Below the pieces are notes generated by a model. The model was given only the letters and a program-made list of their open reading frames with translations, searched no databases and was not told the DNA's origin. Shown here one piece after another: positions 52,155 through 64,000 of a stretch of DNA of 64,000 nt (position 1 is the stretch's first letter; each line of letters begins with the position of its first letter). Where the stretch lies: contig NC_043006.1 of the NCBI RefSeq assembly GCF_006345805.1, positions 76,880,001 to 76,944,000 of the forward strand, given 5' to 3'. A program made the position numbers and the translations under genes. Source of the stretch: Octopus sinensis (lineage: Eukaryota).

Positions 52155-52479
52155 GAAGCACTCCGTCGGTTGCGACGATGAGGGTCCCAGCTGATACAAT
52201 CAACAGAGCAGCTTACTCATGAAATTAATGTGCAAGTGACTGAGCACTCCACAAACACGTGTACTCTTAACGTAGTTCTTGGAGAGAATCAGTGTGACAC
52301 AGAGTGTGACAAGGCTGGCCTTTTGAAATACATGTACTACTCATTTTTGCCAGCTGAGTGAACTGGGTCAACGTGAAATAAAGTGTCTTGCTCAAGGACA
52401 GAAAGCGATGCTGGGAATTGAACTCACGACCTTGCGATCAGGAGCCGAATGCCCTAACCACTAAATCATGCACCTTCAC
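52155..52479 (-). mobile_element. Chimeric SINE: family D head/core plus family C 3' half
   Basis: 52340-52479 matches family D (gtgaagg..cttgagcaagacactttatttcacgttg); 52155-52335 matches the family C tail. Confidence 0.85.
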
Positions 52480-53385
52480 TCACACACACACACATATATA
52501 TATATATATTATATATTGATCATTCATTTTTATACTTTTTGAGATCTAGTTATAAGTTATATGTTTTATAAAAATATATATTATTTGTTATTTATATATT
52601 GGTTTATGTCTATCAATGTTTGAGTCGTATAATAGTGGTTTTATCTTTAATTTATAATTCATATATATATATATATGTGTATGTGTGTGTGTGTAGCTTG
52701 GATGTAATTTAATGTGATATTCAAGGTTGTTTGAAGTTGAATGAGTCTTTGTTAAAAAGCAGTGATGTTTCTTGTAGTGTAAAACAGAAAATCACTTCCA
52801 TAACCAATTGTGCCACTGAAGCAGTTACATAATACTTGCATGCTATTTACACCATGTTCTGGTTAAATAACACACAAGTATTTAGAGATAACAAGGGATT
52901 GACAAAATTGTTTACACTTTGCAAAATATGACTTATAATGCTTGATTGAGATCTTTATGATCTAAGTTCAAATCCCGCCAATATAGAATTGCCTTTTATC
53001 CTTCTGAGATTAATAACTGAAAGTACCTGTCAAGTGCCATTTTTACGTGTGAAAGCCATCATCATCATCACCATTTAACATCTGCTTTGCTTTCCATGCT
53101 GGCATGGATAAGATTGTTTGACAAGGAACAAAGTGAGCAACAGGGCTGTGTCAAGCTCTAGCATCAGCTTTGGTGGGGTTTCATTGGAGCTTGATGCAAC
53201 CCGGCAATTTGCTTCCAGTGGAGAGTATTTAGGTTTTTGAGTAATTATCTTCTAACTTTACCTTGTTTCCATGATTGAACTGTGGCCATGCTGGGGCAAT
53301 GCTTTGAATGGTTTAATCAAATAAATCAATCCCAGTACTAATTTTATAAGTTTGGCATTCATTCTATTTATTCTCTTATAAGGCA

Positions 53386-53898
53386 CTAGCAGTATCGCCT
53401 GGCGTTGCTCGGCTTTGTAAGGGAAATAACTATATAAGCATTTTTAGAGAGTTACTTCCCTTATAGATGCCAATTCGGGCTTTCTTAGCCATTTCTGTTT
53501 TGGTGTCTTCAAGCCATGAAGTCGTTGTTCTAAAAGAATGCTGGTCTCCTTGACAACGCTTTACGACATTGATTTCCTTACACTCCCTTCCCCACAGCTT
53601 CACGGGGGAGGGAAGAAGGGGGAGAAGCAAACAGGTGCAGGTGTGACCATGGACGCCAACTCCACCGCCATCGACACACGAAAAATTATGCATTAAAATG
53701 GAATAAAAAATGATGTTAAATTATTTTTAAAATCGTAGACTCATCGTAGATGCGCGCTAATACTCAGATGGGCTCGATATGAATCACGACTATAAGATAC
53801 CCGAATTTGGTTAAACTGCACCGCAAAATGTGGGATTAGTTAGGAATCTAAATCGAAGGGGACAGACACTCACACAACTACAGTTTTATATATATAGA
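53386..53898 (-). mobile_element. Complete non-autonomous Helitron (513 bp)
   Basis: Minus strand: a|TCTATATATATAAAACTGTAG ... ccgagcaacgccagg hairpin, cgatactgCTAG|t. Canonical TC..CTAG ends in an AT target with no TSD. Confidence 0.88.
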
Positions 53899-54859
53899 TT
53901 AGTCAGTTTGAGACTCATCATCATCATCAACATCGTTTAGCATCTGCTTTTCATGTTAGCATGGGTTGGAAAGTTTGACTGGAGTCAGCCAGAAAACTAT
54001 ACCAGGCTACTCTATATATTAACAAAACAATTTCCCAAGGTGCTGCTCAGTAGGACTGAACAAGGAACTAACTAGATGTTAGCAAAATGAACTTTCGAAT
54101 TATACAGCCATAGTAGCACCTTTGTAAAAAAAAACAAAAAAACTTTATATATTCTCCCCCAAATTCCATTTCAAACACATGTCTCACTATGAAATTAATG
54201 TGTATTGCTCACCTGTCAGGTAGTATTAGGTGAGACCTTGAACTGAAGAGAAATTGATTTGTTTCTTTTTGCTTTCAAAAAGGTGAGAAAGAAACTGAGA
54301 AAGTCTGAAGTAAAATGAATAAAGAATAGCTGTGTGGTTTGGAAGTTCACATCCCAGCCACACAGATTCAGGTTCCATCCCAGTCAATGACATCTTGTGT
54401 AAGTGTCTTTTACAATAGCCCTGGGTTGACCAAATTTTGAGAAAGGATTTGGTAGTTAGAAAACAAAGGACAAAACATACATACATATAATGCATGTATG
54501 TGAACATACACAGACGCATATGCATGTGTCTGTGCATGGCTGTTGCTATGTGTGTCTGTATCTCTCTGCCTTGAAATTCAACAACATTTATAAATGAGTG
54601 CTATAACTATACAAGCAGTGTTCTTTTATTTCTGTGAAAAACCATCTGTTTTCTGGGTGACAATTACATGGAAACAGGGGAGGGTTGCCAACAAGAATAC
54701 CATATATTCTTATAGAATATTTGGGTCATAACTTGCTCAAATATTCTATGTGTTTTATGCTAAAACTAACCAGATGCACCCTCTCACACCTACCCTACAA
54801 TGTCATTCTAAGAATATGCAATCACATCATTGAAACCTTGAAGCTAAGAGATACTCATA

Positions 54860-55267
54860 TACTTGTTTCAGTCATTTGACTCTGGCCATGATGGAGCATC
54901 ACCCTTAGTCAAGCAAATCAACCCCAAGACTTATTCTTTGTAAGTCTAGTACTTATTCTATCGGTAACTTTTGCCGAACGGCTAAGTTACAGGGACATAA
55001 ACACACCAGCATCGGTTGTCAAGCAATTTTGGGGGGACAAACACAGACACACAAACATATATACACACAAACACACACACACACATATATATATATAAAT
55101 ATACAACAGGCTTCTTTCAGTTTCTGTCTACCGAACCCACTCACAAGGCTTTGGTCGGCCCGAGACTATAGTAGAAGACATTTGCCCAAAGTACCACACA
55201 GTGGGACTGAACCTGGAACCATGTGGTTGGTTAGCAAGTTACTTATCACATAGCCGCCCCTGCACCT
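54860..55267 (-). mobile_element. SINE family A, full length
   Basis: Family A homology; inserted within a piggyBac-like MITE. Confidence 0.88.
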
Positions 55268-55659
55268 TAATTCAGATCAATATAAATAAACAATACACTT
55301 GACAAAGAAATCTGAATACTAAAGGGTTAATAAGTGATTTGTGTGAAGAAAGTCCCCTTTGTTAGTTGGTTGCTGTTTATGCATTTATTGGTTGCTGCTT
55401 CTCATTTCAAGGGAGACAACCATCTCGCCAGGAATTAATTTTATTTCTTGTTACTGATGTAAGTTTAAAGGAGTGAAGTACATCACATATTTTTGATGAA
55501 TCTATTCAATATATATTGAAGTTATAAAGTTTTTAATATCTAATGTATAGAAGTCACCATTTCAATACAACTGAATCTTATCAGTACGAAGTGGTTAATA
55601 TCTTTTAGAGAGTACTGCAAGTATGCCAGTACCACCGCCATTCTTTTATTATTTAATCT

Positions 55660-56056
55660 TTATTCGCTTCAGTCATTTGACTGTACTCATGCTGGAGCAC
55701 CACCGTTAGTTGAGCAAATCGATGCCAGGACTTATTTGTTGTAAGCCTAGTACTATCAGTCTCTTTTGCCGAACCGCTAACTTACGGGGACGTAAACACA
55801 CCAGCATTGGTTGTCAAGCAAAGCTGGGGAGAAAAATACAGACAGAAACATATACAGACACACACACACACATACACACTCATATATTTATATGATACGC
55901 TTCTTTCAGTTTCCGTCTATCAAATCCAATCACAAGGCTTTGGTCAACCCAAGGATATAGTAGACAACACTTGCCCAAGGTGCCACGCAGTGGGACTGAA
56001 CCTGGAATCATGCAGTTGGTAAGCAAGCTGCTTACCACACAGCCATGCCTGTGCCT
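55660..56056 (-). mobile_element. SINE family A, full length
   Basis: Family A homology. Confidence 0.88.
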
Positions 56057-56553
56057 ATTATTTGCACTACAAAAGAAAAATCCATTTTGGAACAGAGATA
56101 GCTGAGAGTGATGTTTGGTAGAAACACTTGACTCCAAGAAACTAGTTTTCAAACAACAAACAATTAGTGGCAGATGGTCATGTGAATATAGGTAGTAGCT
56201 TAAGGCAAAATATGAGTACTATCCTGTACTTCAGTTAATCCCAACAAAGTCTGGTTAAGCTTGTGGATATGATAAAGTTACACAATCCAATTTACAACAT
56301 TATGGAAATATATAGGAGTAAGAATACATAAATACATACAATATATATATATATATAAATATATTTGTATGTATGTATGCATGCACGTACATATGTATGT
56401 ATGCACATACATACATATATATGTGTGTATGTATGTTTGTATATGTATGTACACATGTATATATTCATGTAATATTTATATATATATATATATATATATA
56501 CATATATCAGATTTCATCATATATATTTATGTGTGTTGGGGTGTAAACTTAAG

Positions 56554-56592
<39 letters not shown>

Positions 56593-56726
56593 GCATATAC
56601 ACACACGTAAATTTACACACACACACATAAATATATATGATAAAATATTGTAAATATCAATGCAAAGAAGATATCAAATAAATGTAAACATATTCTTAGG
56701 AAATTTGTTTCTGAGTTGCTAAGTTG

Positions 56727-56749
56727 TGATGATGATGATGATGATGCTG

Positions 56750-56812
<63 letters not shown>

Positions 56813-56863
56813 GTGGTGGTTGTAGTAGTAGTAGTCGTAGTAGTAGTAGTAGTAGTAGTAGTT

Positions 56864-56917
<54 letters not shown>
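56727..56917. repeat. Compound trinucleotide array (GAT)n(AAT)n(GGT)n(AGT)n
   Basis: Directly visible. Confidence 0.95.
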
Positions 56918-58419
56918 TCTATTACCTCTGAGAAAAGGAATGGTAAATCGCCTTTGAAATCAGCAAAGAATTAGGAGCAGATGTTAGCAAGAACAGACTT
57001 AGGTTGCGGATGCATTGCAGAGTGGAGTAGGTCATGCTGAACTTGCTTTAGTTAATCCCAAGAAAATTCTGATTAAGCAAAGAAATGATTGAAGATGAAG
57101 GAAAAGATGAGTAGAAAGAGAGCAAGACCATGAGACATGAGGAGAGAGAGAGAGAGAGAGAGAGAGAGGGGGCGAGAGTGGTGGATGAGACAGTGATAGA
57201 GATAGATATAAAAGGGAGAGATAATGAGAGAGAGAGAAAGTGAGGGAGAGAGAGAGAGAGAATGAGATAGGCCTTAGCAGCATGACCGTTTCTAATCCAT
57301 GCCAGCATGAAAAATTGGTGATTGCATAATGTATCATGATACAGATGTCAGATATGGATATTGGATATTAAGACAGTGTTGAAGTTGCTGTTGTTGCTGT
57401 TGTTGTTGTTGTTGGTGATGGTGATGGTTATGGTAGATTTATTATTAGTAATGTTGTTGTTGTTGCTGTTGGTAGAGCTGTGGTGGTGGTAGCGGGGTTA
57501 AAGATATCGTTGGTAGTAATGTTGATACTAGTGTACACATAGAGATAGTCGTAGTGGTGATGGTGGTGGTGGTGATCATAGTAGTAGTAGTAGTAATAAC
57601 AGCAATAGCAGTGTTTAAGATCGTCCTGTTGTTGGCTGTATGACGGCTCACATTAGAGGCCAGTAGAATACTGACCCAGATGAAATATCGTTTGTTAATA
57701 AAATTGATGAGAAGAAGGCAATGGAGTTCGGAAATAAACAAGACGAAGACTGCACAAATCAAATTATTCACAAACATAATAGTCTTACATATGAATAGCA
57801 GTAAGTTCTAAAACCTCAACCAAATGAAATTATCGAAGCAATTACTGAACAAAAACTTCCTATAGGAGTGTTTTAAATGTAAAATAAATCAAGAAAGGGA
57901 TGTAACTCCTGTATGATCAGTTGATTGCATTATTTGAGTAGTATGAAGAATATAGACTAAAGTGTATCTGACTTTTAAAGCCAACTGATAACAACAACTG
58001 ACATGTTTCAATTTTATTAGATCTCCTCAGTGAAATATATTTTCATTGGGCATCGAATTCATTTGGCCCAGACTTTAATTTCTTTTTGTGTCTTGTCTCG
58101 GGTAAGATACAGTTTTTCTCGGTTCATCTTCAAATATTTATGTCAATATTTTTTTTTTTTGTTTTAGGGCCATCTGCACTTATTTTACAGGCATTGGTAA
58201 TCTTTAATGCTTCATTTGTAATCCTGTCCCAGCCTATTATTAATATCTGGCCATTCGTTTTGAGGTGTTTGTGTTTTATTTTAAGTAAAACATGAATGTA
58301 ACTAGTTTAGTCGTTTAGCACCGACATTGACATTACGTCGAACCAGAAGATGCAGCAAATGTTTCTCAAGCACCCGGGGTGGATAACACCGATCATATTC
58401 CTGTTTCCCTTTACCGGCC

Positions 58420-58586
58420 AGCAGTGAGCTGACAGAATCGTTAGCACGCCGGACGAAACGCTTAGCGTTATTTCGCCTGTCTTATGTTCTGAGTTCAAAT
58501 TCCGCCGAGGTCGACTTTGCCTTTCGTCCTTTCGGGACTATCCCCCTCTCCCAAATTTCAGGCCTTGTGCCTATAATAGAAAGGAT
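58420..58586 (+). mobile_element. SINE family B, tail variant 2, internally deleted
   Basis: Family B head and core; cccaaatttcaggccttgtgcc tail. Confidence 0.85.
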
Positions 58587-58689
58587 TGTGAGCCATCAAT
58601 TAGAACATGTGTGAATGATCGACACCATTTCCTACTGACCATAAAATAGCCGATCTTATTGAACGATCTACTGACTGATGAAATGTATG

Positions 58690-59120
58690 TGAGCTTAAAG
58701 ATGCAGTTCTGAAGAAATGTAGTATCTACAATGAAACATTTCAAAAGCCTGCCCTTCTATTCAGTACCTCTAAATATTTCAACTCTCAACAAATGGTGAC
58801 CATCTACAAATCTCAAATGAGACCTCCAACAGAATGCTACTCTCAGAGACAGCCTGAATCCTATTCTTAGTAGGATTCACCGAACTAACTGGCACTCAAT
58901 CATGGATAGACGAGTTCCACCCTCTGTCTCCCCCTGCTTCTCTCTTTCTTCAATTACCACAATAACGGAGTTCAATCAGTTGGTTCTTCTGTACTTTTAC
59001 AAATCAAATATTCCCGATCATCTCGTCTTCCTAGCTATCATCATTCTTCTTGCGTCCAATTTTCCCGGCTCTGCACTATTCCCTAAAACATTGACCTTCT
59101 GCTATTTCGCTTGCACGGGT
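58690..59120 (+). pseudogene. Highly decayed CR1/L2-group LINE, post-RT C-terminal region
   Basis: FSTSKYFNSQQMVTIYKSQMRPPTECYSQ resembles 'FR.RKYF...QL..LYKAQIRP.LEYCSH'. Later FFNYHN and LFPKTLTFC resemble 'FYRYYN' and 'FFPRT..LW'. Confidence 0.6.
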
Positions 59121-59399
59121 TGACCTGTGACTATGTAAATGGAACATAAACGAAATCGAACACACCAATTGCAATTAGTCTGCAATTGTCATGAAAACAG
59201 AACCAGTATCTTCAGATTCAGTATGTAAATAAGAAGCATTTGTTCATCCATAAACGAGCAGGATGTTCAGCATTACTTTTCATCATATCATAGATTTATT
59301 TTTTCATAAATTTTTACATAATCAATATTATCAGACCTGGACTTAGCAGTCAAGTCCTTACTTTACAAGAGCATATAACAACAGACGTTGGATACGACT

Positions 59400-59990
59400 A
59401 GAATATACCATTTCACAGCATTCATCTTTCACCACATCATCGGCTAGATTTCTTGCATAGCTCTGAATGGCGGTAACCTTGCAGTGGTTTGAGCTCTGAA
59501 TATCCACTGGCGAGGTGGCAGAATCGTTAGCACACCGGTCGAAATGCTTAGCAGTATTTCGTCTGACGCTACGTTCTGAGTTCAAATTCCACCGAGGTCG
59601 ACTTTGCCTTTCATCCTTTCGGGGTCGATAAATTAAGTACCAGTTACGCAAGGGGTGATGTAATCGACTTAATCCCTTTGTCTGTCCATGTTTGTCCTCT
59701 CTGTGTTTAGCCCCTTGTGGGTAGTAAAGAAATAGAATATCCACTGAACGGGTCCCATCTTAACAATCTGCTAACCTTGTCTTTTGCAATTACCAGAGCT
59801 ACACTTTTGATATCGAACTTCTAGCGTACGGATTACAGAATAGTCGAACAATAATTTGTGCTTTGGTGACCAGATACAGCCTAACAACAGCAATGTCCAG
59901 GTGATAGCTTCTCTTTGCTCTCAAGCAATTTTGATATTTCACGAATGGTAAATTCTAAGCTCAACATCAGTCCAAAACATCGGATTCGAG
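59400..59990 (-). pseudogene. Decayed RTE LINE apurinic-endonuclease domain split by a SINE
   Basis: Removing the SINE gives SVALVIAKDKVSRLLRWDPFS..SNHCKVTAIQSYARNLADDVVKDECCE, resembling RTE 'GVA....K....L.EWEP.S..SK..K.T.IQCYAPTN.A..E.KDEFYE'. Confidence 0.7.
59509..59734 (+). mobile_element. SINE family B, tail variant 1, 12-bp TSD
   Basis: gaatatccactg at 59498-59509 and 59735-59746. Confidence 0.93.
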
Positions 59991-60140
59991 TTGACTATCG
60001 TTCCTGTCAGTGTGCCTGCCTCTCTGTCTGTTTCTCTCTCTCTCTCTCTCTTTCACTATGTATATATGTGTGTCTGTGTGTGTGCGCGCGCCGGTAATAT
60101 AGTCGTAGATATATACGTTGCTATGTGTGTGCGTGTTTAT

Positions 60141-60178
<38 letters not shown>

Positions 60179-60733
60179 ATATATATATTATATTATATAT
60201 GTGTGTGTGTGTGTGTGTATACATACACACACACAACAAATATATAGATAGATAGATAGACAGACAGGTAGGCAGGCAGGCAGGCAGGCAGGTAAGCAGA
60301 TTGATAGATAGACAGACAGACAGACAGATAAATAGATATGAAATATGTGTGTGTATGTATGAGTGTACGTATAAAACACGCACATATATAAATGCAATTT
60401 AAAATACAAGGGAATGATTAATATTGATTTATTGGAGCGTGAAAAGAGTAAGACTCATCGGATTCTGTACATTATCAACAGTAAAGAATTTACAACGGTG
60501 TAGGTGCCGCCCGAGGGAGGTTAATTGGTACACAACATATCTACAGCTTGAAGCCTGCAAGGATTCTCAAAAGTTGTATTCAGATTTTGACATTTCCATC
60601 TGTTTCCACAGAGCCAGTGCTGTCAAAGGGGGGAACCAGAATTGAAGATGATCATGATCATGATGATGATGATGATGATGATGGTGATGGTGGTGGTGGT
60701 GGTTGTGGTGTTGTTGCTGTTGCTGCTGAAGAC

Positions 60734-60773
<40 letters not shown>

Positions 60774-60886
60774 GTGTTCATCGTTCTGGTATTTGTGGGA
60801 GTGATGGCAGTATTCTTGGTTTGGTGGTGATAGTTATTATTTTATGATAAATATTTATATGTTATTTATTTTAATGACGAGATAAG

Positions 60887-60966
<80 letters not shown>

Positions 60967-60980
60967 ATATATATATATAT

Positions 60981-61011
<31 letters not shown>

Positions 61012-61154
61012 ACTAATTTGGAAATGGATGCGTGGCGTTCAAACGTATTATGATATAAATAATATATATATATGTATGTATGTATATGTATATATGTATT
61101 ATATACATATATGTACGTACTTACACACACACACAAACACACAAACACACACAC

Positions 61155-61209
<55 letters not shown>

Positions 61210-61311
61210 TATATAGTATTGATAAAAATGGTATTTAAAGACAACAAAAGAATGAATGAGATCTCGATATTATCTAAATAGAGGAATGTATCTGTAAAAG
61301 TAATATGTGAC

Positions 61312-61507
61312 ATATCTGTAAAAGTGATTGTGACAATTATTCGGTAGCGATGATAAAACTCCGAGTTCGTATGCCGAAGTGGAAATTTCATAGCATTTTT
61401 TCCGATGGCCGGATAACTGAAGAGATGGCGGCGTGGATTCCACCTCGCATACGAACTCGGAGTTTTATCATGGCTACCGAATAATTGTCACATATCACTT
61501 TTACAGA

Positions 61508-61510
<3 letters not shown>
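61312..61510. mobile_element. Fold-back/MITE-like element with ~74-bp inverted arms
   Basis: atatctgtaaaagtgat-tgtgacaattattcggtagc(g)atgataaaactccgagttcgtatgc.. is the reverse complement of 61437-61510. Confidence 0.85.
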
Positions 61511-61546
<36 letters not shown>

Positions 61547-61852
61547 GATATATATATATAATATATATATATATATATTATATATATAATATATTATATA
61601 TTATATATATATATTAATATATATATATAATATATATATATATACACGCGGGCCTACAGTGAGATTTAGCACATTCTATGCAGGGACGTTGGAAGACATG
61701 TTTGGGCGCCAATATTCTCAGGAAAAATTTCTAGTCATGCTCTTTATACTCAATATGTCTGTAAACACATTAGTCTATGAATGACCCAGTCAGATCGTAA
61801 AATGTCTCTGGTTTTGCGTTGTCTTATGTTGAGAATACAACATATATATATC

Positions 61853-61883
<31 letters not shown>

Positions 61884-61982
61884 TGTATGTATGTATGTAT
61901 GTATGTATGTATGCATGCATGCATGCATGCATGCATGCACATGTAGCTAACGCATTTATGCATGTACAGATAAATACAGCAA

Positions 61983-62297
61983 GTCCTCCTTCAGTCATGT
62001 CTGACCATGGGATTGCACATAGAAAGTTACCCTTCCACGCACATGTCCGAGCAAGGCTGTCTATGGAAGACCAACAGTCGCTCATGCATACCAGGCTCCC
62101 ATATCTATGATGCCGATCTTATTCAAGGGAAAGGCTAAGGCCCATACAGCTTCACACCAGTGACACCTCATTTCTACAGACGAATGAACTGGAGCAACAT
62201 GAAAAAAGACGTCTTACTCAAGAATAGGACGGGTATCGAACTCACTATGTCATGATTGTGTGCCCGAAACTCTAACCACTGAGACATGCGCCTTCAT
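61983..62297 (-). mobile_element. SINE family D, diverged
   Basis: Reverse-complement homology to 23748 and 32805. Confidence 0.85.
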
Positions 62298-62406
62298 ATT
62301 AATACCTCACTGAATATAAAATTCAAAGCATGCTCAATAAGAGTGATTAATATACATTTATACATTCATATGTATACATCCGCACACACATACGTACGTA
62401 ACTATA

Positions 62407-62448
<42 letters not shown>

Positions 62449-62459
62449 TTATCTATATA

Positions 62460-62512
<53 letters not shown>

Positions 62513-62513
62513 C

Positions 62514-62568
<55 letters not shown>

Positions 62569-63011
62569 CCTATATACACACCTCATATGCATACGTATAT
62601 ACATACGTACGGGCATACATATATGTAGTCTTACACACGTACACGTTCTGTTATTCTTACATGAAGATAAAAATCGTAAATATGTCAGCATTATTTCAGT
62701 ATTATCACATAATTACATGAAATGCAAGAACTAGCAGGAGGAGCTACATCAATCAAATATGACATTTTCTGCTCCACTTAATATCCTATCTTTTGCTTAC
62801 ACGATCGCGACTGGCCAAATTTTTTGTTTCCGTTTTCTGTTGCTTTTATTCCCCGCAGTTTTGTAGTTGTTGTTATGTAGAAATGCATATTGTCTTTGAG
62901 TTCTTTGAATTAATGCCAAAAAAAAAATGCTTAACCAATTCCATGTCATCTATCAAATGCAGTTGTTGAACATAAATTTTTGCAATAAATTTGACATCCA
63001 CTCTGTATGTG

Positions 63012-63045
<34 letters not shown>

Positions 63046-63099
63046 TCTATTCCTTTATTTTCTCTCTCACCTCTCATACTTTCTTCTTCATCTTTCACT

Positions 63100-63502
63100 T
63101 TTGTTTTTCTTTTATCGCATCTTCGTATCTCTTCCTTCGTCTTCCTGTTGTTGTTGTTGCTTTTCTTCGTATCTTTTTCTTCTTCGTTTTCTTGTTGTTG
63201 TTGTTGTTGCTCTTCTTCTTCTTCTTCTTCTTCTTCTTCTTCTTCTTCATATCTTTTTCTTCTTCGTCTTCTTCTTCGTCGTCGTCTTCTTCTTCTTCTT
63301 CTTCTTCTTCTTCTTCATATTTCTTTCTTCGTTTTCTTGTTGTTGCTGTTGCTCTTCTTCGTATATTTTTCTGTTTTCTTGTTGTTGTTGTTGTTCTTCT
63401 TTTTCTTCGTACCTTTTTCTTCTTCGTCTTCTTGTTGTTATTGCTCTTCTCTGTTCTCCTCCTTGTTTTTCTTCTTCATTCTCTTCTTCTTTGTCTTCTT
63501 CG
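63100..63502. repeat. (TTC)/(TTG)/(TCG) low-complexity array
   Basis: Directly visible; explains the long spurious ORFs here. Confidence 0.95.
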
Positions 63503-64000
63503 CGCAACATACACACACACACACACATTCATACATTTGAATTCAGCAAAGCAAGTGAAAATTTAAACAAACTTAAATCTTTAAATATACATGAAAAAAA
63601 TCGAAATAAAGAAAAAAAAACATAACTATCATCTACATCAAGAAAATTAATTTTAAATGATTATAGTTCCTTACAGTTCAAAAGATTAAGATAAGTGAAA
63701 AATGAATAATTAATTCTCAAAATGTATTCCACTTTAGATTTAAAGTGATTTTCTCTTTTGTTAAAATAATTCAATCAGGGAAGTAAAGCCGCCATGAAAA
63801 TGACAAGTTACAAACATATGTTTAATGAAATAATGTTTATATACATAATATTAAAGTTCAATCAATAACAGAGATTCCATGAGAAAATATTGAAGTGTTT
63901 GACTTCATAGTTTGTATTACACGAATAATTAAGATGTTGAACTTTCAGATAAAAATGCAGGGTGTATAAGAATTTTTGTTTAGCAAAAGCATGGTTTCGT

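Noticed and set aside
62927-63625. Overlapping 177-232-aa ORFs
   Set aside because: Stop-free (TTC)/(TTG) low-complexity tract.

Overview
AT-rich, microsatellite-saturated metazoan genomic DNA. The repeat families (tRNA-derived SINEs with internal TA/TG tracts, RTE LINEs) look like a coleoid cephalopod, most likely Octopus; this is my inference. I found no intact protein-coding gene, and almost all ORFs in the supplied track are translations of microsatellites or SINEs. The window contains decayed RTE LINE fragments (1-985, 50380-50750, 59400-59990), a decayed CR1/L2-type LINE (58690-59120), a mariner relic (3530-4140), a DD34E Tc1 pseudogene running into a 100-N gap, two non-autonomous Helitrons, several Tigger-, mariner- and piggyBac-like MITEs, about 30 SINE copies in at least five families (several with clear TSDs, nesting and module swaps), an 83-bp minisatellite, a ~420-bp fold-back rearrangement and a 1.23-kb near-identical tandem duplication. 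The most interesting signal is a scattered set of short, mostly (TA)n-embedded elements that each carry a degenerate minimal hammerhead-ribozyme-like core (CUGANGA-stem-GAAAC..GUH), as known for Penelope-like elements. There is also an apparently CpG-depleted domain (~40-57 kb) holding one or two candidate micro-exons.
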